64,000 nt of DNA. Source: an uncultured Bifidobacteriaceae bacterium. GTDB taxonomy: Bacteria > Verrucomicrobiota > Verrucomicrobiia > Limisphaerales > UBA11358. Shown piece after piece: positions 27,142-37,063 of the stretch. Position 1 is the stretch's first letter; every line of letters begins with the position of its first letter. The stretch is taken from NCBI GenBank assembly GCA_964618545.1, contig CAZUBG010000004.1, forward strand, positions 73-64,072. Direction: 5' to 3'. A model generated the notes under the pieces. It was not told the origin of the DNA. It searched no databases and saw only the letters and a list, made by a program, of their open reading frames with translations. The translations under genes and the position numbers were made by a program.

Positions 27142-29790
27142 ATGTCTGACGAAAACGAATCCAACGCGTCGCACGCGAGCGGCGGCGCCTACTCCGGCGG
27201 CGAAAAAATCGCCCGAATCAATGTAGCGGACGAAATTAAAAACTCGTTCCTGGACTACTCCATGTCCGTGATCATTTCCCGCGCCCTGCCGGACGTGCGG
27301 GACGGACTGAAGCCCTCCCAGCGCCGCATTTTGTACGCGATGCACGAGCTTTCGCTGTTTCCCGGGCGCAAGCCATACAAGTGCGCGAAGATTTGCGGTG
27401 ACACCTCCGGCAACTACCATCCGCACGGCGAGGCGGTGATTTACCCCACGCTGGTCCACATGGCCCAGCCCTGGGCCATGCGGGAGCGACTGGTGGATGG
27501 CAAGGGGAATTTCGGTTCGATTGAAAACGACCCGCCGGCGGCGATGCGTTACACCGAGGCGCGGCTGACCCACCTGGGCGCGGCCCTGATGCAGGACATG
27601 GACCGGGACACGGTGGATTTTGTCCCGAACTACGACGAGCGCATGACGGAGCCGACGGTGTTTCCGGCGGCGTTCCCGAACCTGCTGGTCAACGGCGGCA
27701 CGGGCATCGCGGTGGGGATGGCCACCAACATGCCGCCCCACAACCTGGGCGAGGTCATTGACGGGATCTGCGCGCAGATTGACAACCCGGCGATCACCAT
27801 CCCGGAGCTGATGAAGTTCATCAAGGGCCCGGATTTTCCGACCGGCGGCGTGATTTGCGGCGTGGAGGGGATTAAAAACTATTTCACGACCGGCAAGGGC
27901 ACGGTCAAACTGCGCGGGCGCGTGGGGGTGGAGGAATTAAAGGGCAACCGCGAACAGGTGGTGATCACGGAGATTCCCTTCAACGTCAATCGTGCGGCGC
28001 TGGAAGAGGCGATTGCGGCCCTGGTGAACGAAAAGATCATCACCGAGATTTCGGCGATGCGCAATGAGTCGGATGAATACACGCGGCTGGTGATGGAACT
28101 CAAGCGGGACGCCCTGCCGAAGGTGGTCATCAACAATCTTTTCCAGCACACGCAGATGGAGGTGAGCTTCAGCGTCAACGCCCTGGCGATTGACCATGGC
28201 AAGCCCAAGACCCTCAATCTGCGGGAAATCATTTCCTGCTACATTGATCACCGCCGGGAGGTGATTTTGCGCCGCACCCGGTTTGAATTGCGCAAGGCCG
28301 AGGAGCGCGCGGAATTGCTGGAAGGCTACCTGGTGGCGCTGTCCAATCTGGATGAATTCATCAAAATCATCCGGGGGAGCAAAACCAAGGAGGAGGCCAA
28401 GGTCAAATTGCTGGGGTTTGAGTGGAGCCGCCAGCAGGTGGAGACCTGGGGCATTCTGATCCGCCGGGAGGACCGCCTGGAGGGCGGGCGTTACGCCCTG
28501 ACCGAGCGGCAGGTGGACGCCATTTTGGAATTGCGCCTGTACCAGTTGACCGGCTTGGAAATTGACAAGGTGGACGCCGAGTACCGCGAGTTGATCGGGC
28601 GCATCAAGGATTTGCTGGACATCCTGGCCCGCGAAGAGCGCGTGATGGCGATCATCAAGGGCGAACTGGCGGTCATCAAGGAAAAATTCGCCACCCCGCG
28701 CAAAACGGAAATTGTGCCGGACGAAGGCGAAATCGCCATCGAGGACCTCATCGCCAACGAGGGCGTGATCATCACCCTCACGCACGCCGGACTCCTGAAG
28801 CGCACGAACGTCAGCTCGTACCGGGCGCAGCGCCGGGGCGGCAAGGGCGTCATTGGGATGACCACCCGCGAGGGGGAGACGGCGGAGGACAAGGATTTTG
28901 TGGAGCATCTCTTCACGGCGAGCACGCACGATTACCTGATGTTTTTCACCAATACGGGCCGGGTTTATGTGGAGCGGGTGCATGAAATCCCGGACATGGG
29001 CCGGACCGCCAAGGGCCGGAGCATTGCGAATCTTTTGGAATTGAAGGCGGACGAAAAAGTGGCCGCGCTCATCCGGATTCAATCCACGGTGGACGAAAAC
29101 AAGGAGGACGCCACCTGGCGGCAGGCCGGGGAACTGTTCTTCACGACGCGGCTGGGCACGGTTAAAAAAACCTCGCTGAATGAGTTTGGCAATGTCCGCA
29201 AAGGCGGGATCATCGCCATCGGCATCGAGCCGGACGACACGCTGATCGAAGTGAAATTGACGCGCGGCTGCACGGATGAAAGCGATCCGGGCGACGACGT
29301 GATTCTGATCACCAAGACCGGCATGAGCATCCGGTTCCACGAATCCGATGTGCGCTCGATGGGCCGGTCCGCCAGCGGCGTAAAAGGGATCACGCTGGAA
29401 GCCGGTGACACCGTGGTGGCCGCCGCCGTGGTGGTTCCCGATGCGGCCCTGCTGGTGGCCGGTGAAAACGGGATCGGCAAACGCACGGATTTCGAGGAAT
29501 ACCGGGTTCAGTCCCGGGGCGGCAAGGGCATTATCACCATGAAGACCGGGGAAAAAACCGGGAGCGTGATCGGCGCGCTGACCGTGCGCGACAATGACGA
29601 AATCATGCTGATCACGGTGAGCGGCCAGATGGTGCGCACCAGCGTCCGGGACATTCGCGAAGTCGGTCGAAACACAATGGGGGTAAAACTGGTGGAGCTC
29701 GATGCCGAGGACAAATTACAGGCCATCGCGCCGGTCATCAGCGAGCCCAACGGAGAATCCGCCGGGGAAACCCCGGCAACCCCGGCCTGA
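27142..29790 (+). CDS. gyrA: DNA gyrase subunit A
   Basis: Motifs DGLKPSQRRILYAM, the AAMRYTE active-site Tyr region, and the GyrA box QRRGGKG. Confidence 0.97.
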   Translation: MSDENESNASHASGGAYSGGEKIARINVADEIKNSFLDYSMSVIISRALPDVRDGLKPSQRRILYAMHELSLFPGRKPYKCAKICGDTSGNYHPHGEAVIYPTLVHMAQPWAMRERLVDGKGNFGSIENDPPAAMRYTEARLTHLGAALMQDMDRDTVDFVPNYDERMTEPTVFPAAFPNLLVNGGTGIAVGMATNMPPHNLGEVIDGICAQIDNPAITIPELMKFIKGPDFPTGGVICGVEGIKNYFTTGKGTVKLRGRVGVEELKGNREQVVITEIPFNVNRAALEEAIAALVNEKIITEISAMRNESDEYTRLVMELKRDALPKVVINNLFQHTQMEVSFSVNALAIDHGKPKTLNLREIISCYIDHRREVILRRTRFELRKAEERAELLEGYLVALSNLDEFIKIIRGSKTKEEAKVKLLGFEWSRQQVETWGILIRREDRLEGGRYALTERQVDAILELRLYQLTGLEIDKVDAEYRELIGRIKDLLDILAREERVMAIIKGELAVIKEKFATPRKTEIVPDEGEIAIEDLIANEGVIITLTHAGLLKRTNVSSYRAQRRGGKGVIGMTTREGETAEDKDFVEHLFTASTHDYLMFFTNTGRVYVERVHEIPDMGRTAKGRSIANLLELKADEKVAALIRIQSTVDENKEDATWRQAGELFFTTRLGTVKKTSLNEFGNVRKGGIIAIGIEPDDTLIEVKLTRGCTDESDPGDDVILITKTGMSIRFHESDVRSMGRSASGVKGITLEAGDTVVAAAVVVPDAALLVAGENGIGKRTDFEEYRVQSRGGKGIITMKTGEKTGSVIGALTVRDNDEIMLITVSGQMVRTSVRDIREVGRNTMGVKLVELDAEDKLQAIAPVISEPNGESAGETPATPA

Positions 29791-29851
29791 CGTCAAAAAG
29801 CGGGGTCGCTGACAAATACCCTGCAAGATTTTTAAAATCATCAAGTAAGAA

Positions 29852-30784
29852 TTGAAAATGTGTATTTTTAGGATCCAAGTGAAAAGAATCCTCACTCTGC
29901 TGGCGACCTGCGCGACGGTGTTCTCCGGCCGGGCCGATTCAAATCCCGGCCCGGGCACCAATGCGGTGCTGTCCGTCACTGCGGGCACGAACCTGGTCGT
30001 GTCCATCAGGCAGGGCACCAATGTCATCACGACGGTGATTCCGGGCACCAATGCGGTGGTGACCATCCTGCAGGGAACCAACACCGTGGTGACGGTGTTG
30101 GAAGGCGCCAAGGCCATGCCCCCGGTTAAAAAATCCGCCTGGGCCAGCCTGATCGCCGCCGGGTTTGCCGTGACCCGGGGCAACAGTGACACCCTGCTGG
30201 CCACCGTCAAGGCCCAGAGCCAAAGAAAGGATGAGTACAATGAATGGCTGTTCGACATTGACGGAGCCTACGGGGTGAACAATTCGGTTGTCAGCGCGGA
30301 CAATTTGCACGGCCTGGCCCAGTACAACCATCTGTTCACCGAAAAATTCTACAACTATGTCAACGCGGACGCCCTGCATGACGACATCCAGGCTTTGAAA
30401 TACCGGGTTTCGCTCAGTCCGGGCGTCGGTTATTATCTGATCAAAACCAAACCCACGCTGCTCTCGGTGGAGATGGGCCCCGGTTTGGTATCGGAAGTGC
30501 GAGGCGATGACGAGGGAAATGATTCATACATGAGCTGGCGCATGGCCGAACATTGGGAGCACAAAATCACCCCGACCACGAAATTATGGGAAAAGGTGGA
30601 GATTCTGCCCGAAATAACCAGATTTGAAAATTACGCCGCCAACATGGAATTTGGAGTGGATACGGCCATCACCAAAACGCTGAGTCTGCAGGTGACCCTG
30701 GATGACAGCTATGTCAATGAACCGGCGGCGGGGCGAGTGAGCAACGATCTAAAACTGATCAGTGGCATCGCCTGGAAGTTTTAA
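29852..30784 (+). CDS. DUF481 (YdiY-like) outer-membrane beta-barrel protein with an N-terminal GTN-repeat segment
   Basis: A signal-peptide-like N-terminus is followed by five 10-aa repeats and then a C-terminal region with alternating beta-strand pattern ending in an aromatic residue (IAWKF). The DUF481 assignment is from memory of the family pattern (GNSDT...). Confidence 0.6.
   Translation: MKMCIFRIQVKRILTLLATCATVFSGRADSNPGPGTNAVLSVTAGTNLVVSIRQGTNVITTVIPGTNAVVTILQGTNTVVTVLEGAKAMPPVKKSAWASLIAAGFAVTRGNSDTLLATVKAQSQRKDEYNEWLFDIDGAYGVNNSVVSADNLHGLAQYNHLFTEKFYNYVNADALHDDIQALKYRVSLSPGVGYYLIKTKPTLLSVEMGPGLVSEVRGDDEGNDSYMSWRMAEHWEHKITPTTKLWEKVEILPEITRFENYAANMEFGVDTAITKTLSLQVTLDDSYVNEPAAGRVSNDLKLISGIAWKF
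29951..30100 (+). repeat. Coding tandem repeat, 5 x 30 bp (xGTNxVxxVx)
   Basis: The units start at 29951, 29981, 30011, 30041 and 30071. The core GGCACCAATGCGGTG recurs. Confidence 0.85.
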
Positions 30785-30793
30785 TCTCCCGGA

Positions 30794-31489
30794 TCACGGT
30801 GCCAACCGGTCCACACGCCAGGACTGATCCGCCTGCCGCACATAGCGAAAGCGATCATGAAACCGACCAGGCCGGCCCTGCCAAAATTCCACCCGGTCCG
30901 GCTGGAGAACATAGCCGCCCCAATGGGGTGGGAGCGGGACCTCCCCGGGAAATTTCGCCGCGATTTCACGCCATTTCAGTTCCAAGGCGGCGCGGTCGGG
31001 AACCACTTCACTCTGGTTGGAAGCCCAGGCACTCAAGCGGCTGTCCCTGGGCCGGCGGCGATGGTAGGCTTGGGATTCCGCCACCGGCAGTTTGACCACC
31101 GTGCCCGCCACGCAAACCTGGCGTTCCAAATCCGGCCAGTAAAAGGTCAGCGCCGCCCGGGGATTTTCCGCCAGTTCCCGGCCCTTGCGACTTTCATAAT
31201 TGGTGAAAAAAATGAAACCGCGCTGATCCACACCCTTGAGCAAGACATTGCGGGTGGAGGGCCGCCCCTCCGGGCCGACCGTGGCGAGGACCATGGCATT
31301 CACGTCGGTTGGCGGACGCCCCAGAATGGCCTGCCAGAGTTTGTACGCGGCGATGCCGATGCGCCGCCAGCGACCGCCGCGCATGGCTTCGGTAAACCAG
31401 CCCTCAAATTGCACCAGCGGATCCTCGGCCAGATCGGCCCGGTTCAACTGACCGCGCTGATAATTCTCCCGCAAATCGGCAAGATTCAT
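30794..31489 (-). CDS. pdxH: Pyridoxamine 5'-phosphate oxidase
   Basis: Motifs ATVGPEGRPSTRNVLLKG, FYWPDLERQV and WGGYVLQPDRVEFWQGRPGRFHDRFRY. Confidence 0.93.
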   Translation of the reverse strand: MNLADLRENYQRGQLNRADLAEDPLVQFEGWFTEAMRGGRWRRIGIAAYKLWQAILGRPPTDVNAMVLATVGPEGRPSTRNVLLKGVDQRGFIFFTNYESRKGRELAENPRAALTFYWPDLERQVCVAGTVVKLPVAESQAYHRRRPRDSRLSAWASNQSEVVPDRAALELKWREIAAKFPGEVPLPPHWGGYVLQPDRVEFWQGRPGRFHDRFRYVRQADQSWRVDRLAP

Positions 31490-31501
31490 GAAAAACCACG
31501 C

Positions 31502-32056
31502 TTACATGGTCCGGAAGGTTGTGCAGCCCAACCCGGCAATAAAGAGGTAAAAGGCCAGCCGCAAAACACAACCGAGGCGGACCCGGGACTCGGAGGCGGT
31601 CAGCCAGTTCAGCCAGTCGCGCAGCCGCCAGGGGGTGATGGTCAGCCACATGCCAATCAGCACAAAAAAATACGCCAGTCCCTGAATAATCAGCACACAG
31701 GGTGATTCCCCCAGATGAGGGCGCCCGGTATCCACCATTAATTTGCCGAGCAGCATCAGGACAATCGCCAGCCCGCGGACCGCGAGAAAATCCGACACAA
31801 AAATGCAGGAGAGCACCCCCACGAGTCCGAAACCAATCATCATGTAGGGTTTGAAGTCGGTGAAATCGGCAATCGGCTCATTGTTGACGATGTACACGAA
31901 CCAGGCCGTTCCCAAAAGCATCAGCCCCCAGCCCGCCGGGAGGGAGCGGGGGAATTTGCGCGCCAGGGCGGTGAATTGAGTGGGATTCGCCAGACCATAG
32001 ATCTGCGGCGCACTCAGTCCCAAACCCAGGCAGATGGACAACAAAGACAAGTTCAT
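31502..32056 (-). CDS. Integral membrane protein of unknown function (184 aa)
   Basis: Five or six hydrophobic helices. The gene is tightly spaced upstream of pdxH on the same strand. Confidence 0.6.
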   Translation of the reverse strand: MNLSLLSICLGLGLSAPQIYGLANPTQFTALARKFPRSLPAGWGLMLLGTAWFVYIVNNEPIADFTDFKPYMMIGFGLVGVLSCIFVSDFLAVRGLAIVLMLLGKLMVDTGRPHLGESPCVLIIQGLAYFFVLIGMWLTITPWRLRDWLNWLTASESRVRLGCVLRLAFYLFIAGLGCTTFRTM

Positions 32057-32070
32057 GGCCTAAATCTAAT

Positions 32071-32100
32071 CACGAATTGACACCAATTGACACGAAAAAT
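32071..32100. repeat. 3 x 10-bp tandem module (CACGAATTGA CACCAATTGA CACGAAAAAT)
   Basis: It has the same tandem-short-unit architecture as the modules in the phage-like block. It resembles the reverse complement of the 14895-14925 module. Confidence 0.6.
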
Positions 32101-32144
32101 TCAAACGAGCGGACGTTTTTTGCCTTGCTGAACCGGAGCCAGCC

Positions 32145-32312
32145 TCATTTGCTCACGCGGGCATAGTTGACCAGCATGACGGCCACCAAGATCCCAGAGG
32201 CGAGCGCCGAGACCACCGCCACCAGAATGATCGTGTTCAATCGCTTGAACCCTTCATCCGGCCGCAATTTGGGGAACAGCCATTTGGCCAGCTCATAGTT
32301 CATACCATCCAT
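32145..32312 (-). CDS. Small single-pass membrane protein (55 aa), doubtful
   Basis: Read by eye and below the track cutoff: MDGMNYELAKWLFPKLRPDEGFKRLNTIILVAVVSALASGILVAVMLVNYARVSK. No clear SD sequence. Confidence 0.25.
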   Translation of the reverse strand: MDGMNYELAKWLFPKLRPDEGFKRLNTIILVAVVSALASGILVAVMLVNYARVSK

Positions 32313-32387
32313 TAGCAGCCCGGGGGAGGAAAGGAAATGAAATTAATTCAAACTTCCAGATTTTCAGGCGCGCGGATTTTTGATTAA

Positions 32388-33164
32388 ATGCCTTTCATGG
32401 ATGCCGCCTCATTGCCGCCCCTCACACCCGGAACGCTTTACCTGGTCGCCACCCCGATTGGCAATCTGGAGGATATCACCCTCCGGGCGCTGCGCGTGCT
32501 GCGCGAATGCGATGTGGTGGCGGCGGAGGACACCCGGCGCTCCGGGCAACTTCTGAAACATTTTGGCATCGCCCGGCCGCTCCTCAGCTATTTTCAATTC
32601 AATGAAGCCCGGCGCAGCGAGGAAATCATTGAACGGCTCCGGCACGGCGGCAAGGTGGCGCTCGTCACCGACGCGGGCAGCCCCGGCATCAGCGATCCCG
32701 GCGAACGGGTCGTCAAAGCGGCGATTGCGGCCGGTTTGCGGGTTGAATCCGTGGTGGGCCCGTGCGCGCTCGTGGGCGCGCTCACCGCCAGCGGACTGCC
32801 CACGGACGAATTTCACTTCATCGGTTTTCTCCCGCATAAATCCGGCCAGCGCCGGAACCGCCTGACGTCGCTCGGAACGGTTCCCGGGACGCTCGTATTC
32901 TATGAATCGCCCTACCGCATTGAAAAACTGCTTGGCGAACTAAACGAAGTTTTTCCCGGACGCGACGTGGTGCTCGCCCGGGAACTGACCAAAAAGTTCG
33001 AGGAATTTCTACGGGGCAAACCCGCCGAGTTGCTGGCTGTGGCGGCCAAGCGTTCGCTCAAAGGCGAGTTTGTCGTGATGGTTTCCGGCAACGGTTCCGC
33101 AGGCGACACCACCCCGGAACCCGCCGAGCCGGCCAAAAGCAATTCCGATCTCAGCGGGCTTTGA
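32388..33164 (+). CDS. rsmI: 16S rRNA (cytidine1402-2'-O)-methyltransferase
   Basis: GTLYLVATPIGNLEDITLRALRVL...AAEDTR, with a tetrapyrrole-methylase fold pattern. Confidence 0.9.
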   Translation: MPFMDAASLPPLTPGTLYLVATPIGNLEDITLRALRVLRECDVVAAEDTRRSGQLLKHFGIARPLLSYFQFNEARRSEEIIERLRHGGKVALVTDAGSPGISDPGERVVKAAIAAGLRVESVVGPCALVGALTASGLPTDEFHFIGFLPHKSGQRRNRLTSLGTVPGTLVFYESPYRIEKLLGELNEVFPGRDVVLARELTKKFEEFLRGKPAELLAVAAKRSLKGEFVVMVSGNGSAGDTTPEPAEPAKSNSDLSGL

Positions 33165-34092
33165 TGTCCCAGGCATCGCGCAGGCCGTCGCCGAGAAAGT
33201 TCAGGGCCAGCAGGGTCAGGACCAGCACGCCGCCGGGGAAAACGATCAGCCACCAATAGATGCGGACGGGATTAATCTGACCCACCCCCTCGGCAATCAG
33301 GGTGCCCCAGCTCGCCATGGGCGGTTGAATGCCCAGTCCGAGGTAGCTCAGGAAGGATTCGTACAACACAATCGAGGGCATCGTCAGAGCCAGGTAGGTG
33401 ATGACGACGCCCAAAATGTTTGGGATAATGTGCTTGGAAAGAATCCAAACCGGCCCGGCCCCGAGGGTCCGGCTGGCTTCCACAAAAGCCCGCGTCCGCA
33501 AGGTCAGCACCTGGCCGCGCACGATGCGCGCCATGGTCAGCCAGGAAACGGCGCCCAAGCCCACAAACAGCAGGATCACGCGCAGCGCCGCCTGGACGGA
33601 CGGCGAGTGGGCGAAGGTTTGTTTGAGCCATTCGCCCAGGGTGGAAATCAGCACGATGACGAAAATCACAGTGGGCAGGGAATACAACACATCCACCACC
33701 CGCATCAAAAAGCTGTCCAGCCGCCCACCGACATAACCGGCCACGGCACCCCACAGAACGCCGATCAGCAGACTGACCAGCGTGCCGACCAGGCCGACCA
33801 GCAGGGAAATCTGCGCCCCAAACAACACCCGCGAAAAGACATCCCGACCGTGAACATCCGTGCCAAACCAATGCTGCGCCCCGGGCGGGGCAAACTGGGC
33901 GTCGGAAAGCTGGTCAGGGTTGTGAGCGTGGCCGAAGGTTCCGCCGATGACGGTTAAGAGCAGCGGCCACAGGATAACGATCAGCGTCAACAACCCCAGA
34001 AACCAGGCGCTCCAGACGGCGGGGCGGTTTTTCTTAAACCGCCGCCACGCCTGCTGGCCGGGCGAAAAATGGAGGGGGGCTGGTTTACTCAT
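33151..34092 (-). CDS. Peptide/nickel-type ABC transporter permease (DppC/OppC-like)
   Basis: EAA-loop EASRTLGAGPVWILSKHIIPN and six TM segments. It overlaps the upstream permease by 8 nt. Confidence 0.85.
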   Translation of the reverse strand: MSKPAPLHFSPGQQAWRRFKKNRPAVWSAWFLGLLTLIVILWPLLLTVIGGTFGHAHNPDQLSDAQFAPPGAQHWFGTDVHGRDVFSRVLFGAQISLLVGLVGTLVSLLIGVLWGAVAGYVGGRLDSFLMRVVDVLYSLPTVIFVIVLISTLGEWLKQTFAHSPSVQAALRVILLFVGLGAVSWLTMARIVRGQVLTLRTRAFVEASRTLGAGPVWILSKHIIPNILGVVITYLALTMPSIVLYESFLSYLGLGIQPPMASWGTLIAEGVGQINPVRIYWWLIVFPGGVLVLTLLALNFLGDGLRDAWDIKAR

Positions 34093-34999
34093 ATTTCACA
34101 CGGGGATCGAGCACGGTGTAGGCGAAGTCCACAACCAGATTCAGGCCGATGAGAAGGAGGGCGTACAGCAGCGAGAGCCCGACCACCACGGGGTAATCGC
34201 GGTTCAATGAGCTGTTGACCAGAAACACGCCGATGCCGGGGATTTGAAAAATGTTCTCAATGACAAACGAGCCGGTGAGCAGGTCCGCCAGCATGGGGCC
34301 GGCATACGAAACCACCGGCAGGACCGCAATGCGAAAGGCGTGCTTGAACAGCAGCTCGTTTTCACCCAGCCCCTTGGAACGGGCGGCGGTGACAAACTCG
34401 GATTGCATGGCACTGAGCATGCCCTCGCGCATCAGGCGGGCGACCTGGCCGGCAAAATACAACCCGAGCGCAATGGTGGGCAGAATCAGGTGCAAGGGGG
34501 ACTCCCACAAGGCCACCGGCAGCCATTGCAGCTTCACGGCGAAGATCATGATCAGCAGCGGGGCGATTACAAATCCCGGCACACACACGGCCAGCATGGC
34601 CAGAAAGCCGCCCAAATAATCCGGCCAGCGCCCGCGATTGGCCGCTGAAAAAAAACCGACGGGCAGGCCAATCCCCAGGGCGAAACAAAAGGCCAGTCCG
34701 CCGAGCGTCATCGAAACGGGCAGCCCCTGTGCGATGAGGTCGTTGACCGAATGATTGCGGTACTTGAGCGAGGTGCCGAAATCGCCGTGCGCCAGACCGT
34801 CCAGAAACCGGAGGTATTGTTTCCAAACCGGTTCGTCCAAATGATACTCGGCCAGCAGATGGCGCTCGATTTCCGGCGAGGCCGGGACGCGTTGCCGGTC
34901 AAACGGGCCGCCCGGGGCCAGGCGCACCAACGCAAACGCCAGCGCGCTGATGACCAGCAGCAGCGGAATCGCGAAGAGGATGCGGCGGAGATAATACAT
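34085..34999 (-). CDS. Peptide/nickel-type ABC transporter permease (DppB/OppB-like)
   Basis: Typical N-terminus MYYLRRILFAIPLLLVISALAF and the loop VTAARSKGLGENELLFKHAFR. Confidence 0.85.
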   Translation of the reverse strand: MYYLRRILFAIPLLLVISALAFALVRLAPGGPFDRQRVPASPEIERHLLAEYHLDEPVWKQYLRFLDGLAHGDFGTSLKYRNHSVNDLIAQGLPVSMTLGGLAFCFALGIGLPVGFFSAANRGRWPDYLGGFLAMLAVCVPGFVIAPLLIMIFAVKLQWLPVALWESPLHLILPTIALGLYFAGQVARLMREGMLSAMQSEFVTAARSKGLGENELLFKHAFRIAVLPVVSYAGPMLADLLTGSFVIENIFQIPGIGVFLVNSSLNRDYPVVVGLSLLYALLLIGLNLVVDFAYTVLDPRVKYE

Positions 35000-36627
35000 T
35001 ATTTGTTGAGGGCGGCGGGGACGATTTTTTGAATCGCCCGCAGGGGATGATCGTCCAGCACATTCGCGTAAATGCCCCGGATGCGTTTGGGGTCGTAGTA
35101 ATTCACGCCGACATAGTTATAGATCGGAACGATGGGCGCGGACTCATGCACGAGCAGGGTTTCGGCCTGCTGAAAAGTTTTTTCGCGGGCGGCAAGGTCG
35201 GGTTGTTCCCCGGCGGCGTTAATCAGGGTGTCGTATCCGGAGTTTTTCCAACCGGTGTGATTGTTGCCATCCCCGCTAGTGAACATGCCCAAAAAGGTTT
35301 GGGCGTCATTGTAATCACCAATCCAGTCCGACAGGGAAATGTCATAATCCAGGTGGTTCTCGGTGCTCAGGTACACCTTCCATTCGAGCGGTCGCAATTC
35401 CATGTTGAGGCCGAGATTGTCGAGCCACATCTGCTGCAGTTCCACGCCAATGTCTTCGTTCATTTTGATGCCGTAAACCAGCGCGTCAAAACGCGGGAAT
35501 CCCTTTCCGCCGGGGTAACCCGCTTCGGCCAGTAGTTTTCGGGCCGCCGCCGGATTGTATTCCAGCCCCGGAACGGGATGATAATTCGCCGTGCCCGGAG
35601 GCACGAGGCTGGTGGTGGCGGGTTCACCGCTCTTGGTGATTTTTTTCACGATCCGTTCGCGATCCACCGCCATGCCCAGGGCGCGGCGCACGCGCTCATC
35701 ATCGAAGGGCTTGCGGGTTACATTGAAGCGCAGGAACACGGTGCCGAGATAATTGAACGTGTGAAAATCCGGCCGGCGCAACAATACATCCAGCAATTCC
35801 GAAGGCACGAGTTCCTTGTCCCAGACGATGTCCGCACGCCCCTGTTCATAAACATTGAAGGCCGTGCTGGGGAAGTTGAAGGGCAGGACATCAATGAGTT
35901 CAGACTTGGTGTTCGCGGCGTCCCAGTAACGGGGGTTTTTGAGCAGCCGCACCTTGTCATTCAACCGCCAGTCCACCAGTTCAAACGGCCCGCTGCTGGG
36001 CAGCGGCCGGGCCATGATCCAGGCGTCGCCGTATTTTTCAATCGTGCGGCGGGGCACGACATACAACGTGGGGAAGGCGCAGAGGTCCAGAAAAAACGCG
36101 GTGGGCTGCTTCAATTCCACCCGCAGGGTATGGGCATCCAACGCATGAACACCGACCAGCCTGGGGTCCGTGATTTTGCCGTTGTTGAATTCCTCCCCAT
36201 TTTTTATGTAATACAATTGGCCGGCATACTCCGACGCCGTCGCGGGCGACAGGGCGCGAATCCAAGAATAGACCACATCCTCCGCGAGGATGGGCTCGCC
36301 GGTGGACCACACCAGATTGGTGCGCAAATGAAACGTGTAGGTTTTGCCATCGGGCGAAAGCTCGTAACGCTCCGCCAGACCTGGAATGGCGCGGGCGGTT
36401 TTGGGGTCCAACCGCATCAACCCTTCAAACATTCCCTCGACGATGCGCATTTCGGCCTGACCGGTGATGATCTGGGGATCCAGCGATTCAGGCTCGCCCT
36501 TATTGATGAGGGTGAGGTCCGCCGGGGGGTCATGACGCAGACAACCAGAGAGCCAGAAGATGGCGGCCACTAAAAGGAAAAAACGCGCCGGGAGATGAAA
36601 TCGCCAGGCGCGTTTGCAATTGGACAT
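34999..36627 (-). CDS. ABC transporter substrate-binding protein, family 5 (peptide/oligopeptide type)
   Basis: 542 aa with a lipoprotein-like signal (LSGC) and an SBP_bac_5-like pattern throughout. It lies directly upstream of the two permeases. Confidence 0.8.
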   Translation of the reverse strand: MSNCKRAWRFHLPARFFLLVAAIFWLSGCLRHDPPADLTLINKGEPESLDPQIITGQAEMRIVEGMFEGLMRLDPKTARAIPGLAERYELSPDGKTYTFHLRTNLVWSTGEPILAEDVVYSWIRALSPATASEYAGQLYYIKNGEEFNNGKITDPRLVGVHALDAHTLRVELKQPTAFFLDLCAFPTLYVVPRRTIEKYGDAWIMARPLPSSGPFELVDWRLNDKVRLLKNPRYWDAANTKSELIDVLPFNFPSTAFNVYEQGRADIVWDKELVPSELLDVLLRRPDFHTFNYLGTVFLRFNVTRKPFDDERVRRALGMAVDRERIVKKITKSGEPATTSLVPPGTANYHPVPGLEYNPAAARKLLAEAGYPGGKGFPRFDALVYGIKMNEDIGVELQQMWLDNLGLNMELRPLEWKVYLSTENHLDYDISLSDWIGDYNDAQTFLGMFTSGDGNNHTGWKNSGYDTLINAAGEQPDLAAREKTFQQAETLLVHESAPIVPIYNYVGVNYYDPKRIRGIYANVLDDHPLRAIQKIVPAALNK

Positions 36628-36631
36628 CGGA

Positions 36632-37054
36632 TCAGTTCTTGGTGGCCGGGGCCGCCGGAGCAGTGGTCCCAGGGGCCGACAGCAACTGGATGGAATTGGT
36701 CGGAGCGGCGGCAGGATGAGCCACGGGCTGGGTTGCCGGTGCCGGAGTCATGGCAGACTGCTGCTGTTGCTGAACTTTTTTGGCGAATGCGGAAACGTCC
36801 GCCCCGGAGTTCAGGTGATCATGCACATAGCTCAAGGTGATAATGACCCCGATGAACGCGATGGTGGCATAGGTGGTGATTTTGGTGAGAACATTGCCGG
36901 ACCCGGCGCCAAACAAGGCGTCGGCGGTTGCGCCGCCAAAGGCAATCCCCGTGCCGGCGTCCTTCTTGGGCAATTGCACCAGCACCAGCAGTATCAACAA
37001 GGCGCTCAACAGCACCAAAGCCACCGTCAACAGACCAAAAAACAGAGTAAGCAT
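36632..37054 (-). CDS. secG: Preprotein translocase subunit SecG (with Q/A/P-rich C-terminal extension)
   Basis: Two TM helices flank LPKKDAGTGIAFGG...LFG. It follows tpiA, the classical gene order. Confidence 0.8.
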   Translation of the reverse strand: MLTLFFGLLTVALVLLSALLILLVLVQLPKKDAGTGIAFGGATADALFGAGSGNVLTKITTYATIAFIGVIITLSYVHDHLNSGADVSAFAKKVQQQQQSAMTPAPATQPVAHPAAAPTNSIQLLSAPGTTAPAAPATKN

Positions 37055-37063
37055 GACCTTAGA

